Below are positions 20,472 through 29,589 of a DNA stretch of 32,000 nt, piece after piece. The DNA is from Desulfocapsa sulfexigens DSM 10523. Its GTDB lineage: Bacteria > Desulfobacterota > Desulfobulbia > Desulfobulbales > Desulfocapsaceae. Location of the stretch: the NCBI RefSeq assembly GCF_000341395.1, contig NC_020304.1:750001-782000 (forward strand), written 5' to 3'. The translations under genes and the position numbers were made by a program. The notes under the pieces are model-generated. The model had not been told where the DNA came from. It saw only the letters and a list, made by a program, of their open reading frames with translations, and did no database searches. Position 1 is the stretch's first letter, and every line of letters starts with the position of its first letter.

Positions 20472-20985
20472 AAAGGCACTCTCTACCAGTTGGTTCTATG
20501 CGTCGCTACTCCCTATTTGGGGTGACCGGATTCCTCTGGAATCACTGGCCGGAATGAAATGGAATCGGTGGCCGGAATCACGTGGAATGAGTGGCCGGTT
20601 TACTCTGGAATCGGTGGCCGGAATCGTCTGGAATATGCATTTGCCCGATAAAAAGTAGTATTGATTTGAAATGTCCTATCTCCAGACCACTTCCTGTAAT
20701 AAGTATTCATAAACCACTCAAGATACTCTTTAGCTTCCTCAGAACTCTGAAAAACTACTTCCATTGTGATATCTATCCGTGTGAGTGTGCCAAAATTCCT
20801 CGATTGTATGATCTCCATAAATTCATCCGTTGCTCCACTCACATCAAGCTTTGAATTATAACTGTGATATTTCCCCGTATTGCTTGCTGGGTAAATCAAA
20901 CTCGGAGTTCTTTCACTTCTACAAAGAGGTGGCTCAGTTTGTTTGAACAGTATTCTGTCATTTTTAAGTGGAGCCTCTGCCTAAA

Positions 20986-21816
20986 TTAAGCTGCCTTTTC
21001 AATTGGTGGCAACATTATGTTGTAGGCCTCATCTGGAGTTCTTTTTTCCAATCCGGAATGTGGTCTTGAGCGGTTATACCAATCAAAATACTGCATGATA
21101 GACCTTCGAGCCTCATTTACTGTATCATAAGCATGCAAATAAACACGTTCGTATTTCACTGATCTCCATAGTCTTTCAACGAATACATTGTCTCGCCAAG
21201 CCCCACGTCCATCCATGCTGATCTTGCAGCCCTTTTCGTGCACTACCTCAATAAACTCTTGTGCGGTAAACTGACTTCCCTGGTCGGTGTTGACAATCTC
21301 TGGGATGCCATGATGAACAAAGGCTTCTTTCAGCACATCAACTGCATGGCAGGCCTCGAGGGTAATAGAAAGTTTTGAGGCCAACACTTTCCGGCTTGCC
21401 CAGTCAACAACAGCCGTCAGATACACAAATCCTTTGGCCATGGGAATATAAGTCGTATCCAGAGCCCAGACCTGGTTGGACTGATCGATACTCTTTCCTC
21501 TCAATAGATACGGATAGATTTTGTGACCTGGATGTTTTTTACTCGTTCCCGGTTTCCTATATAACGCTTCAACTCCCATGCGTTTCATCAGGGTTCCAAC
21601 ATGTTTGCGCCCGACAGAAACACCATCTCGGTTCAGTTGATCACGGAGCATCCTTGCCCCCATAAACGGGTGCTCCAAATGGAGTTCATCAATTTTCCGC
21701 ATCAGCACCAAGTCGTTTTCGTTAACTGGTTTGGGTTTGTAATACACGCTACCACGACTGATCTCAACGACTTGAGCTTGTCGTGTAATCGAAAGAGTAT
21801 GGGCTGGATCTATCAT
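20986..21816 (-). CDS. IS3-family transposase OrfB (rve integrase core)
   Basis: [96 protein letters not shown]. Confidence 0.95.
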   Translation of the reverse strand: MIDPAHTLSITRQAQVVEISRGSVYYKPKPVNENDLVLMRKIDELHLEHPFMGARMLRDQLNRDGVSVGRKHVGTLMKRMGVEALYRKPGTSKKHPGHKIYPYLLRGKSIDQSNQVWALDTTYIPMAKGFVYLTAVVDWASRKVLASKLSITLEACHAVDVLKEAFVHHGIPEIVNTDQGSQFTAQEFIEVVHEKGCKISMDGRGAWRDNVFVERLWRSVKYERVYLHAYDTVNEARRSIMQYFDWYNRSRPHSGLEKRTPDEAYNIMLPPIEKAA

Positions 21817-22115
21817 CGCTTTACGCTCAGCAACCCCACTTTGGTGAGCGCACCTTCTAAAAAATCGTTTTCCAGCGTTAGCTGGCCTATTTTCGCATGT
21901 AGGGTCTTTATATCAACTGCTGGCTCTTTTGAAGTACCTTTGGCAAATACAGAGTCTGCCTCTTCTGTCAGTTGCCTTTTCCAAGCGGTGATCTGGTTGG
22001 GATGCACTTCAAACCGTTGCGCCAGTTCTGCTAGTGTCTTGTCTCCAGCCATCGCTGCAAGGGCCACTTTCGCCTTGAATGCGGCTGAGTGTTTTCTTCT
22101 CGTTCCTTTTGCCAT
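21813..22115 (-). CDS. IS3-family transposase OrfA
   Basis: [49 protein letters not shown]; overlaps orfB by 4 bp. Confidence 0.95.
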   Translation of the reverse strand: MAKGTRRKHSAAFKAKVALAAMAGDKTLAELAQRFEVHPNQITAWKRQLTEEADSVFAKGTSKEPAVDIKTLHAKIGQLTLENDFLEGALTKVGLLSVKR

Positions 22116-22469
22116 TTTCTGCTCCTTGTTTAAATCTTTTCATGGGAATTATTGGTAGCAGATTTTCCACTTAACAGCTTGTTCAAATTTTCTGGACCAC
22201 CTCTCAATGCTTCCTGAGTTCATCTACAGGAAGGTAGTCAATAGCGTCAGCAACGCTCATGTGAGAATTTATTGTGATTGTGTCAAAATAATAAAAAATC
22301 GCCTTAGGCGTGAATTTCTTCATTTTAGGTACCTATGTATATTTTTCTAAAACTTGTTAAATACAGAGCGATTTAGCCAGTCAATAATGTATAAATTTAC
22401 TAACTGGCTTAACCTTCTTTGCTAAGAAAGCATAGTAAGCTATCCATCCAATATTATAGGATTAGTTAC

Positions 22470-22679
22470 CTATAAATTGGACTTAGGAAGTCCTTCAATC
22501 CAGGATTGAATATCTGATGACTTCCATGCTACTGATTTTGGCCCCAATTGTACTGGAGCAGGGAAGGTACCCATTTTAATTCGAGCGTAAATCGTTGATC
22601 TTTTTAGGCCAGTTACTGCTTCAACTTCCGGACGGCGCAATAACCTAATTTGGAGGGAGGGTTGGTAGGAATTTTCCAT
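22470..22679 (-). CDS. AlpA-family regulator/excisionase
   Basis: LLRRPEVEAVTGLKRSTIYARIKMGTFPAPVQLGPKSVAWKSSDIQSWIEG, next to the integrase. Confidence 0.85.
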   Translation of the reverse strand: MENSYQPSLQIRLLRRPEVEAVTGLKRSTIYARIKMGTFPAPVQLGPKSVAWKSSDIQSWIEGLPKSNL

Positions 22680-22707
22680 TTTAATTTCCTTGTTAATTGC
22701 CTAGGCC

Positions 22708-22747
22708 AAAAAAAAAGGACTCCAGGCTTTTAAATCGCCCGGAGTCC
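22708..22747 (-). terminator. rho-independent terminator, minus strand
   Basis: Reverse complement GGACTCC-GGGC-gatttaaaa-GCCT-GGAGTCC followed by TTTTTTTTT; 3' of the integrase gene. Confidence 0.7.
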
Positions 22748-22947
22748 TCCAAGGAACCGTTTTTCAATGCTATCCGTAGTTGGTAAAGCTTCAAGCGCCT
22801 CGACTCAGCCGAGTCCAACTTGTTCTTCGCATGGCATATGTATGCCTTATTCTTATTAAGAAATTAATAATGCATACGCTAACTTAACTAATATATTATC
22901 AGAGTCTAATTGGGCTGTCAAGAGATCAACTTAGACGTTGCTAACCA

Positions 22948-24168
22948 TTAACCTGGCTCGTTTTCCATTTTTTGTAATAAATCAGCCCACCACTGCATCA
23001 AATCTCGTCTCTGCTCAATATAATGGCTTCGATGATATGCAGCCCTGACTTTGTTACGCTGCTCATGTGCTAGCGCTTTTTCAATCACATCACCATCAAA
23101 ACCAGACTCATTAGCTATAGTTGAAAACACGGCTCTAAACCCATGCACGGTTGACCGAGAGTGATACCCCATGCGGTACATTGCATAAAGCATAGTATTT
23201 TCTGAGAGAGGTTTATTGCTGTCCCTGATGCCTGGAAATATATACCCATCACGGCCATATAAATTCCCAACCCTTTCCAAAATTGCCCTGGCTTGATTTG
23301 ATAATGGGACATTATGCGGGCTATTTACTTTCATTCGTTCTGCTGGAATACGCCACATTCTTTCCTCTATATCAATCTCATCCCACCTTGCAAATCTTGT
23401 TTCACCACTTCTAGCAGCTGTAAGTATCGTAAATTGTAGTGCAAGCTTAGTATTGATGTGTATATCTGCTGTTTGCATTTTCTTTAAAAACTCTGGCATT
23501 TCATCAATAGATAAGGCTGCTTGGTGTATTACTTTTCTTGTCTTTATAACGCCTTTCATATCTGCGGCTGGATTGTAAGTAGCTCTACCCGTTTGTATAG
23601 CATAACGGAAAACAGCACTCATCCTCTGCAACACCTTTCGAGCAATCTCAAGCGATCCTCTCTTCTCTATGCTTCTGAGAATTTTCAATACAGTTGGAGG
23701 CTGAATTGAATCCACTGGAAAATCCCCTACTACTGGAAATGCATCATGCTCTAAAGTTGCCCTCACTGCATTTGCGTGTTCAGATTTCCATTTACCTTTT
23801 TGATTATCTATCCATTCAAGAGCCACTGCCCTAAAACAATTTTCATCAACTGCTTTTAGTTCTAGTTCTCTATCTACAGTTTCCTGCTTTGCTTTTTTTC
23901 GTTCTTTTGCAGGGTTTTTACCAAGTTTTACCAACTCTCTTGCTTCAGCTCTTGCCTCTCTCGCCTCTTTAAGGCTCATTTTCGGGTACTCACCAAGAAC
24001 AAAAGTTGATTCTCTGCCCAGTATCTTAAAGCGATATCTCCACGTTTTTCCACCAGATTTTGCAATATGAAACCAGAGACCATGCCCATCGGATATCTTG
24101 AAAGGAAGTTTTTCTGGTTTTAAGTTGCGTACTTGTATAGCTGTAAGCTTTGACATTGACGTCACCAT
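22948..24168 (-). CDS. tyrosine recombinase, P4-like phage/island integrase (DUF4102 N-terminus)
   Basis: MSKLTAIQVRNLKPEKLPFKISDGHGLWFHIAKSGGKTWRYRF...FTILTAARSGETRFARWDEID...STVHGFRAVFSTIANESG...ALAHEQRNKVRAAYHRS; the track ORF reads on to 24384 into the tRNA, so starts at 24168 or 24156 are more plausible. Confidence 0.92.
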   Translation of the reverse strand: MVTSMSKLTAIQVRNLKPEKLPFKISDGHGLWFHIAKSGGKTWRYRFKILGRESTFVLGEYPKMSLKEAREARAEARELVKLGKNPAKERKKAKQETVDRELELKAVDENCFRAVALEWIDNQKGKWKSEHANAVRATLEHDAFPVVGDFPVDSIQPPTVLKILRSIEKRGSLEIARKVLQRMSAVFRYAIQTGRATYNPAADMKGVIKTRKVIHQAALSIDEMPEFLKKMQTADIHINTKLALQFTILTAARSGETRFARWDEIDIEERMWRIPAERMKVNSPHNVPLSNQARAILERVGNLYGRDGYIFPGIRDSNKPLSENTMLYAMYRMGYHSRSTVHGFRAVFSTIANESGFDGDVIEKALAHEQRNKVRAAYHRSHYIEQRRDLMQWWADLLQKMENEPG

Positions 24169-24238
24169 GAAAAGTGGGTAAAAGAAAGGAGGGTATTCGG
24201 TTCCTCTGCTGCCATACCCACGGATATACCCACTTTTC
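24169..24238. repeat. inverted repeat GAAAAGTGGGTA (24169-24180) / TACCCACTTTTC (24227-24238)
   Basis: Perfect 12 bp inverted repeat immediately upstream of int; shares TACCCACTTT with the repeats at 10289-10311. Confidence 0.7.
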
Positions 24239-24349
24239 ACGACAGATGTCAACGGATAAATTTGGACTACCCTGGAAACAAAAAACCCGCAAACCATTTC
24301 TGGATGCGGGTTAAACGGAACGCTTAGGACGTTCTCGGAATATGTACTG

Positions 24350-24436
24350 GTGCCGGAGGTCGGAATCGAACCGACACGGGCCAAAGCCCGCTGGATTTTG
24401 AGTCCAGTGCGTCTACCAGTTTCACCACTCCGGCAT
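24350..24436 (-). tRNA. tRNA-Leu(CAA), intact, with encoded CCA
   Basis: GCCGGAG...CTGGA-CTCAAAA-TCCAG...CGGGCTTTGGCCCG...TCGGTTCGATTCCGA...CTCCGGCACCA; 7 bp acceptor stem pairs, long class II variable arm. Confidence 0.93.
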
Positions 24437-24645
24437 AAATAGAATGGATGGGTGATTAATACTGTAAATGGTTCCGAACTGTCAAGAGATTTCAGGGCTG
24501 TCGCCCTTCAATAGGCCATCTACGATGTCCTGTACTGAAGCTTCAACATTAACTTGTATTGAAGAGAAACGAAAACTCGCCAGACACTGAAACTCACCAA
24601 TATTAGCTCATTATTGTTCTAAAAGTCTACCAGAAGGCTACCAGA

Positions 24646-25758
24646 ATGAGAGCTACAATCACAGCTAAAACACTACAATCATTGCAACCTAAGGACAAGC
24701 CATATTTCATCCGGTCTACTAATGGCTTCGCAGTAAAGATAAATCCAAAAGGAAGTATTAAGTACATTATAGAAACGAAACTCAATTGTCGTACAGTCCG
24801 TAGAACTATAGGGACTTATCCAGCCATGCCATTAAAAGATGCTAAGGAAGCTGGAGCCAAACTATTACAGGAGATCTTAATAGAACCAAATCAAAGAAAG
24901 ACATCGACATCCCTTAGGATGTTGTTCGACAGTTACACTTCCACTCTGAACCTCAAGGAAACAACACTCAAGGATTATCAGACTGTTATTCCATACTACC
25001 TCTCAGACTGGATGAACAAGAAGGTCACCTCCATCTCCAAAAGTATGGTAGAGAAACGGTTCGTTACCATCAGAGATAAGGGATGGCAGGGAGGAATTCC
25101 AACACACAGTCAAGCGAACAAGGTCATGCGTATCCTCTCAGCACTAATGAACTACGCAATGGCTGACGATATCATCCAGCAGAATCCTGTGGATGTTCTT
25201 AAGCAGAAGAGAGTTGATAGGAGCACTATTAAGAGAAGTAGCTACCTGACAGCACCAGAGGCCAGAGAAGTAACTGAGAGCCTTTCAGATCATCCTGTGG
25301 AGCTTGCAATTGCCATGATGCTATACACTGGACTGAGGAAGAATGAGGCTCTCAGCATACGATGGGAGAATGTCACTAAGGATCTGATAACGATTAAGGA
25401 TACCAAGAATCACAGGGAGCACCTGATCCCAATCACTGAGAGAATACAGAAGATCTTGGATAGAATACCAAGAAGCTCTTCACCATTCTTATTTCCATCC
25501 CCAGTTGACAAGCAAAAGAACATTAGAGACGTTAGACCAACACTGAAGAGGATTGAGAAGAATACAGGAATTAACTTTAAATGTCATGATCTCAGGCGTA
25601 CCTTCGCCACTCGAGCGTCTGAGGTAGGAATAGATTTCCTCATGATCAAGAGGATGCTAAATCATAAGGTATCAGATATAACTGCTCAGTACATCCAGTG
25701 GAACAGCAAGGAGAATCTCCAGAAGATGAAGGAAGCTCTTGAACGTGTTGTGTACTAA
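24646..25758 (+). CDS. tyrosine recombinase/phage-type integrase of second element
   Basis: MRATITAKTLQSLQPKDKPYFIRSTNGFAVKINPKGSIKYIIET...MMLYTGLRKNEALSIRWENV...INFKCHDLRRTFATRASEVGIDFLMIKRMLNHK...TAQYI. Confidence 0.93.
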   Translation: MRATITAKTLQSLQPKDKPYFIRSTNGFAVKINPKGSIKYIIETKLNCRTVRRTIGTYPAMPLKDAKEAGAKLLQEILIEPNQRKTSTSLRMLFDSYTSTLNLKETTLKDYQTVIPYYLSDWMNKKVTSISKSMVEKRFVTIRDKGWQGGIPTHSQANKVMRILSALMNYAMADDIIQQNPVDVLKQKRVDRSTIKRSSYLTAPEAREVTESLSDHPVELAIAMMLYTGLRKNEALSIRWENVTKDLITIKDTKNHREHLIPITERIQKILDRIPRSSSPFLFPSPVDKQKNIRDVRPTLKRIEKNTGINFKCHDLRRTFATRASEVGIDFLMIKRMLNHKVSDITAQYIQWNSKENLQKMKEALERVVY

Positions 25759-25808
25759 TCTGTCGCTCTATTGTTGTTATACCTATCTCACAAATCGTTG
25801 GCTAGGCT

Positions 25809-26027
25809 ATGAACTGGTTAGAAAGTAAAGTCAAGGTTAGTCCCTTCCCGAAGGCTGAGGACATCGGGAAGGGACTTTATGAGAGCTTCTGGTTCCCTCA
25901 AGGTGAGGCTTTCGGTTTATCCTTAGAATCTTGTGGAAAGCTGAGAAATAAGGTAGTGAAGTGCTGCTACATTGTTATGCTGGAAGGAACAGAAGTCAGA
26001 TGGTATACGATAGCTACCACTTCTTAA
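25809..26027 (+). CDS. small hypothetical protein
   Basis: 72 aa ORF on the same strand just downstream of the integrase; no recognised family. Confidence 0.3.
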   Translation: MNWLESKVKVSPFPKAEDIGKGLYESFWFPQGEAFGLSLESCGKLRNKVVKCCYIVMLEGTEVRWYTIATTS

Positions 26028-26226
26028 AGACAGCAGAACCCTAAGTTGCTTCTTAATATAGACGATGGACAGCTCCCAGGCGTACATAAGATGGAAGAAT
26101 TCCTTGCGGCCTGTAGCAGTATCTTCAAGGATGCAAAGGAGAACCTGCGACCAATAGATACTATTAAACATGAGCTTCATATGCGAGGTTCTGGCTTCGC
26201 TTAAGCAGTATCAATCAAGATTAAAG

Positions 26227-26238
26227 TTCTCTAGAGAA
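26227..26238. repeat. palindrome TTCTCTAGAGAA copy 1 (others at 29249-29260 and 29389-29400)
   Basis: Exact 12 bp palindrome found three times, all inside the second element. Confidence 0.6.
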
Positions 26239-27194
26239 GATTAGTATGGCAACAGTAGCAGCAGAGAAGGAAGCAAGATGATCACAATCGTAGATGCAGT
26301 AATGGGGACGGGCAAGAGCACTTGGGCAATCAATGAAGTGAACAATAATCCTGCGAAGAAGTATATTATACTAACTCCATATCTCGATGAAGTTGACAGA
26401 TACAAAGCAGATACATCAAGACCTGATGTTGTAGCGCTGGATGACGATATTACTGACACGAAGACGGCTGGATTCAGAGACGCAATCAAACAAGGCAAGA
26501 GCGTTATAACTACACACAAGCTCTTCTCTCATCTATACCTAGAAGAATTCCCTCAGATCCAACAAGGTGAGTATGAACTAATTATTGATGAGACCATTAC
26601 ACTCGTAGAAGAAGAGGTAATCAATAAAGATGACTTCAATATGCTGTTGAGCACTAAGAAGATCTGGACAGAACCAACGAAGATTGATGGTATGTTTATC
26701 GTTCACCCTGAAGCTCATGGAGTTGATTACCATGGCAGTCACCGTGCCTTTATGGATGCAGCTAGGGGAGAGCACGTCTTCAGGATCAATAATACAACTG
26801 TTGTCTTCGTGGTGCCTCCTGAGAAGCTCACTGTCTTCAAGAATGTTCATATAATGACTTATTTCTTTGAAGGATCTGAAACTCACTGTTGGCTCCAATT
26901 ACATAAGATTGACTTTAACCACAAGGAACTTGAGAGAGATAATGGAGGACACAAGCTACTTCCTCACAGTCTTAACTACTCAGGAGCTAAATACAAACCA
27001 CTGATAACAATCTTTGATGATAAGAAGCTGAATGCAATTGGAGAGAAGGGGAGGAAACTGAAGGAACCATTAGCTCAAGGCTGGTTTAAACAGAAAGGGA
27101 AGGACAGGAAGAAGGAGATTAAGCAACTTAAGAAGAGGTGGCTCAGTTTGTTTGAACAGTATTCTGTCATTTTTAAGTGGAGCCTCTGCCTAAA

Positions 27195-28025
27195 TTAAGC
27201 TGCCTTTTCAATTGGTGGCAACATTATGTTGTAGGCCTCATCTGGAGTTCTTTTTTCCAATCCGGAATGTGGTCTTGAGCGGTTATACCAATCAAAATAC
27301 TGCATGATAGACCTTCGAGCCTCATTTACTGTATCATAAGCATGCAAATAAACACGTTCGTATTTCACTGATCTCCATAGTCTTTCAACGAATACATTGT
27401 CTCGCCAAGCCCCACGTCCATCCATGCTGATCTTGCAGCCCTTTTCGTGCACTACCTCAATAAACTCTTGTGCGGTAAACTGACTTCCCTGGTCGGTGTT
27501 GACAATCTCTGGGATGCCATGATGAACAAAGGCTTCTTTCAGCACATCAACTGCATGGCAGGCCTCGAGGGTAATAGAAAGTTTTGAGGCCAACACTTTC
27601 CGGCTTGCCCAGTCAACAACAGCCGTCAGATACACAAATCCTTTGGCCATGGGAATATAAGTCGTATCCAGAGCCCAGACCTGGTTGGACTGATCGATAC
27701 TCTTTCCTCTCAATAGATACGGATAGATTTTGTGACCTGGATGTTTTTTACTCGTTCCCGGTTTCCTATATAACGCTTCAACTCCCATGCGTTTCATCAG
27801 GGTTCCAACATGTTTGCGCCCGACAGAAACACCATCTCGGTTCAGTTGATCACGGAGCATCCTTGCCCCCATAAACGGGTGCTCCAAATGGAGTTCATCA
27901 ATTTTCCGCATCAGCACCAAGTCGTTTTCGTTAACTGGTTTGGGTTTGTAATACACGCTACCACGACTGATCTCAACGACTTGAGCTTGTCGTGTAATCG
28001 AAAGAGTATGGGCTGGATCTATCAT
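27195..28025 (-). CDS. IS3-family transposase OrfB, copy 2
   Basis: Product identical to 20986-21816. Confidence 0.95.
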   Translation of the reverse strand: MIDPAHTLSITRQAQVVEISRGSVYYKPKPVNENDLVLMRKIDELHLEHPFMGARMLRDQLNRDGVSVGRKHVGTLMKRMGVEALYRKPGTSKKHPGHKIYPYLLRGKSIDQSNQVWALDTTYIPMAKGFVYLTAVVDWASRKVLASKLSITLEACHAVDVLKEAFVHHGIPEIVNTDQGSQFTAQEFIEVVHEKGCKISMDGRGAWRDNVFVERLWRSVKYERVYLHAYDTVNEARRSIMQYFDWYNRSRPHSGLEKRTPDEAYNIMLPPIEKAA

Positions 28026-28324
28026 CGCTTTACGCTCAGCAACCCCACTTTGGTGAGCGCACCTTCTAAAAAATCGTTTTCCAGCGTTAGCTGGCCTATT
28101 TTCGCATGTAGGGTCTTTATATCAACTGCTGGCTCTTTTGAAGTACCTTTGGCAAATACAGAGTCTGCCTCTTCTGTCAGTTGCCTTTTCCAAGCGGTGA
28201 TCTGGTTGGGATGCACTTCAAACCGTTGCGCCAGTTCTGCTAGTGTCTTGTCTCCAGCCATCGCTGCAAGGGCCACTTTCGCCTTGAATGCGGCTGAGTG
28301 TTTTCTTCTCGTTCCTTTTGCCAT
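28022..28324 (-). CDS. IS3-family transposase OrfA, copy 2
   Basis: Product identical to 21813-22115. Confidence 0.95.
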   Translation of the reverse strand: MAKGTRRKHSAAFKAKVALAAMAGDKTLAELAQRFEVHPNQITAWKRQLTEEADSVFAKGTSKEPAVDIKTLHAKIGQLTLENDFLEGALTKVGLLSVKR

Positions 28325-28980
28325 TTTCTGCTCCTTGTTTAAATCTTTTCATGGGAATTATTGGTAGCAGATTTTCCACTTAACAGCTTGTTCAAATTTT
28401 CTGGACCACCTCTAGAATAACACTCTCAACTTCTTCATGACGAAGATGAAAACCAAACGCCCTGATATTCTATGGACTTGCCCCAAGGATTATCGAGATG
28501 ATCTCAGCGACAGACGCTTTGATCCTGCCAAGACAGAGACATGGTTAGCCTTTAATTACAGAGCTACGAATAACTACGCTGATCGTCACTATCTTGCCTT
28601 CCTATTGAATGTATTCCCTAGAGTTTCTATCAGCAACTTCTTCAAGAGCCATGGAATCACCATGAACCAAGAGAGGATTGCTCTGTCAACTCTCGTACAA
28701 TGGGTATGGAGATCTGCTATAAGAATGAAGGAGGAAATAACGATTTACTTACCTTCTGAGAGGATGAGAATGCTACTGCAAGGATGGCTTTAGAACAGAA
28801 GTTGTTCTAGAATTCGAAATAGTAGCTATAAATACAATTACTTACGAACTACTCCCCTAAACAACAAGGGGTGTAATGGTGAAAGAAAGTTATCCTTCTA
28901 GATATAATCTTTAGTGATCATTAAGGATAGATCCTAAAGAGATACTTAATAAGTACCTTCTGTGCACAACTCAATGATAC

Positions 28981-29097
28981 CATATATAGAGTATGACTTA
29001 AGAGCCAGAGAACTCTTCAGCACTATACAGAGTATGACTCAAGAGCCAGAGAACTCTTTAGCACTATATAGAGTATGACTCAGGATCCAGAGTACAG
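28981..29097. repeat. imperfect tandem repeat, ~41 bp unit, 3 copies
   Basis: catatatagagtatgacttaagagccagagaactcttcag / cactatacagagtatgactcaagagccagagaactctttag / cactatatagagtatgactcaggatccagagtacag. Confidence 0.75.
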
Positions 29098-29589
29098 CTC
29101 AAATGTATAACTCAATACTCCCCTTAAGGTCGCTGGAATCAAAAGTAATTAAGGATATATAATGATAGTGTAAGGTATATATCATTACTAGTCCCTTTTG
29201 GTATGTAGCTATTCCCACTAGATTCACAGAGGAGTTAACGACTTAAACTTCTCTAGAGAACTATACTCCAGCTTACCTTCAGCTCTCCATTGAGTACTAC
29301 CATTACATGCCTTCAACTTGCTCGTCTGGATCTAGGCCATGTCAATCAGTGCCTTGTGGCTTATGCATTACCTTCTCCATTATTATTCTTCTCTAGAGAA
29401 CATCACTAGAACTTCTCAAGTACCTCAGCTCTCTCTTTATTATATTCTTCTAAGAGGATTTAAGAGTTAATATTTACTCAGGCTCCAAGCCACATTCTAT
29501 AGAGCAACGGCCCATTAATTTTGGCAGCCCCCGTTATTGAGACTGCCAGGCTGTATCAACCTTTGAGTAGTAGAGGGGGCTACTGTTAA

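Larger units (their letters stand above)
17990..20639 (-). mobile_element. IS21-family insertion sequence, 2650 bp, TSD TTTGCC (17984-17989 / 20640-20645)
   Basis: Ends TGCGTATTCCAGTGAATCCGGCCACC and (reverse complement) TGCATATTCCAGACGATTCCGGCCACC; subterminal repeats of the gattccggccacc type; istA and istB inside; exact 6 bp duplication. Confidence 0.9.
20925..22204 (-). mobile_element. IS3-family insertion sequence copy 1, 1280 bp, TSD CAA (20922-20924 / 22205-22207)
   Basis: Ends AGAGGTGGCTCAG / CTGGACCACCTCT (imperfect IR); orfA and orfB; 3 bp target duplication; protein products identical to copy 2. Confidence 0.95.
17509..22260 (-). pseudogene. replication-protein-like or unknown 270 aa gene split by an IS21-family and an IS3-family element
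   Basis: Joining 22260..22208 + TSD + 20921..20646 + TSD + 17983..17509 gives 813 nt in one frame: MSVADAIDYLPVDELRKHCRSERTPSLIYPASNTGKYHSYNSKLDVSG...LTRIDITMEVVF...TTFYRAKEKGRRSDNYQREYVGD...VCRIEFSLHGKATIKRVL...DYFRR*. Confidence 0.8.
27134..28413 (-). mobile_element. IS3-family insertion sequence copy 2, 1280 bp, TSD AGA (27131-27133 / 28414-28416)
   Basis: Same ends, same length, identical OrfA and OrfB products as copy 1. Confidence 0.95.
26278..28793 (+). pseudogene. helicase/P-loop NTPase-like gene of phage type, interrupted by IS3-family copy 2
   Basis: MITIVDAVMGTGKSTWAINEV (Walker A), YELIIDETITLVEEE; joining 26278..27133 to 28417..28793 gives 1233 nt in one frame (410 aa): ...IKQLKKNNTLNFFMTKMKTKRPDILWTCPKDYRDD... 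Confidence 0.8.

Noticed and set aside
22948-24384. 478 aa integrase including the N-terminal extension MARVGSIPTSGTSTYS...
   Set aside because: The extension is translated through tRNA-Leu and the 24169-24238 repeats; homology-like sequence begins at MSKLTAIQVRNLK.
26278-27198. 306 aa ORF ending ...[16 protein letters not shown] as a natural protein
   Set aside because: Its last ~20 residues are translated from the IS3-family end; the true gene continues at 28417.
27584-28367. Plus-strand ORFs 27584..27874 and 27810..28367 (and the copies at 21375..21665, 21601..22158)
   Set aside because: Antisense shadows of the IS3-family transposase genes.
28981-29097. CRISPR array
   Set aside because: Units are contiguous ~41 bp repeats with graded mismatches and no unique spacers; no cas genes nearby.
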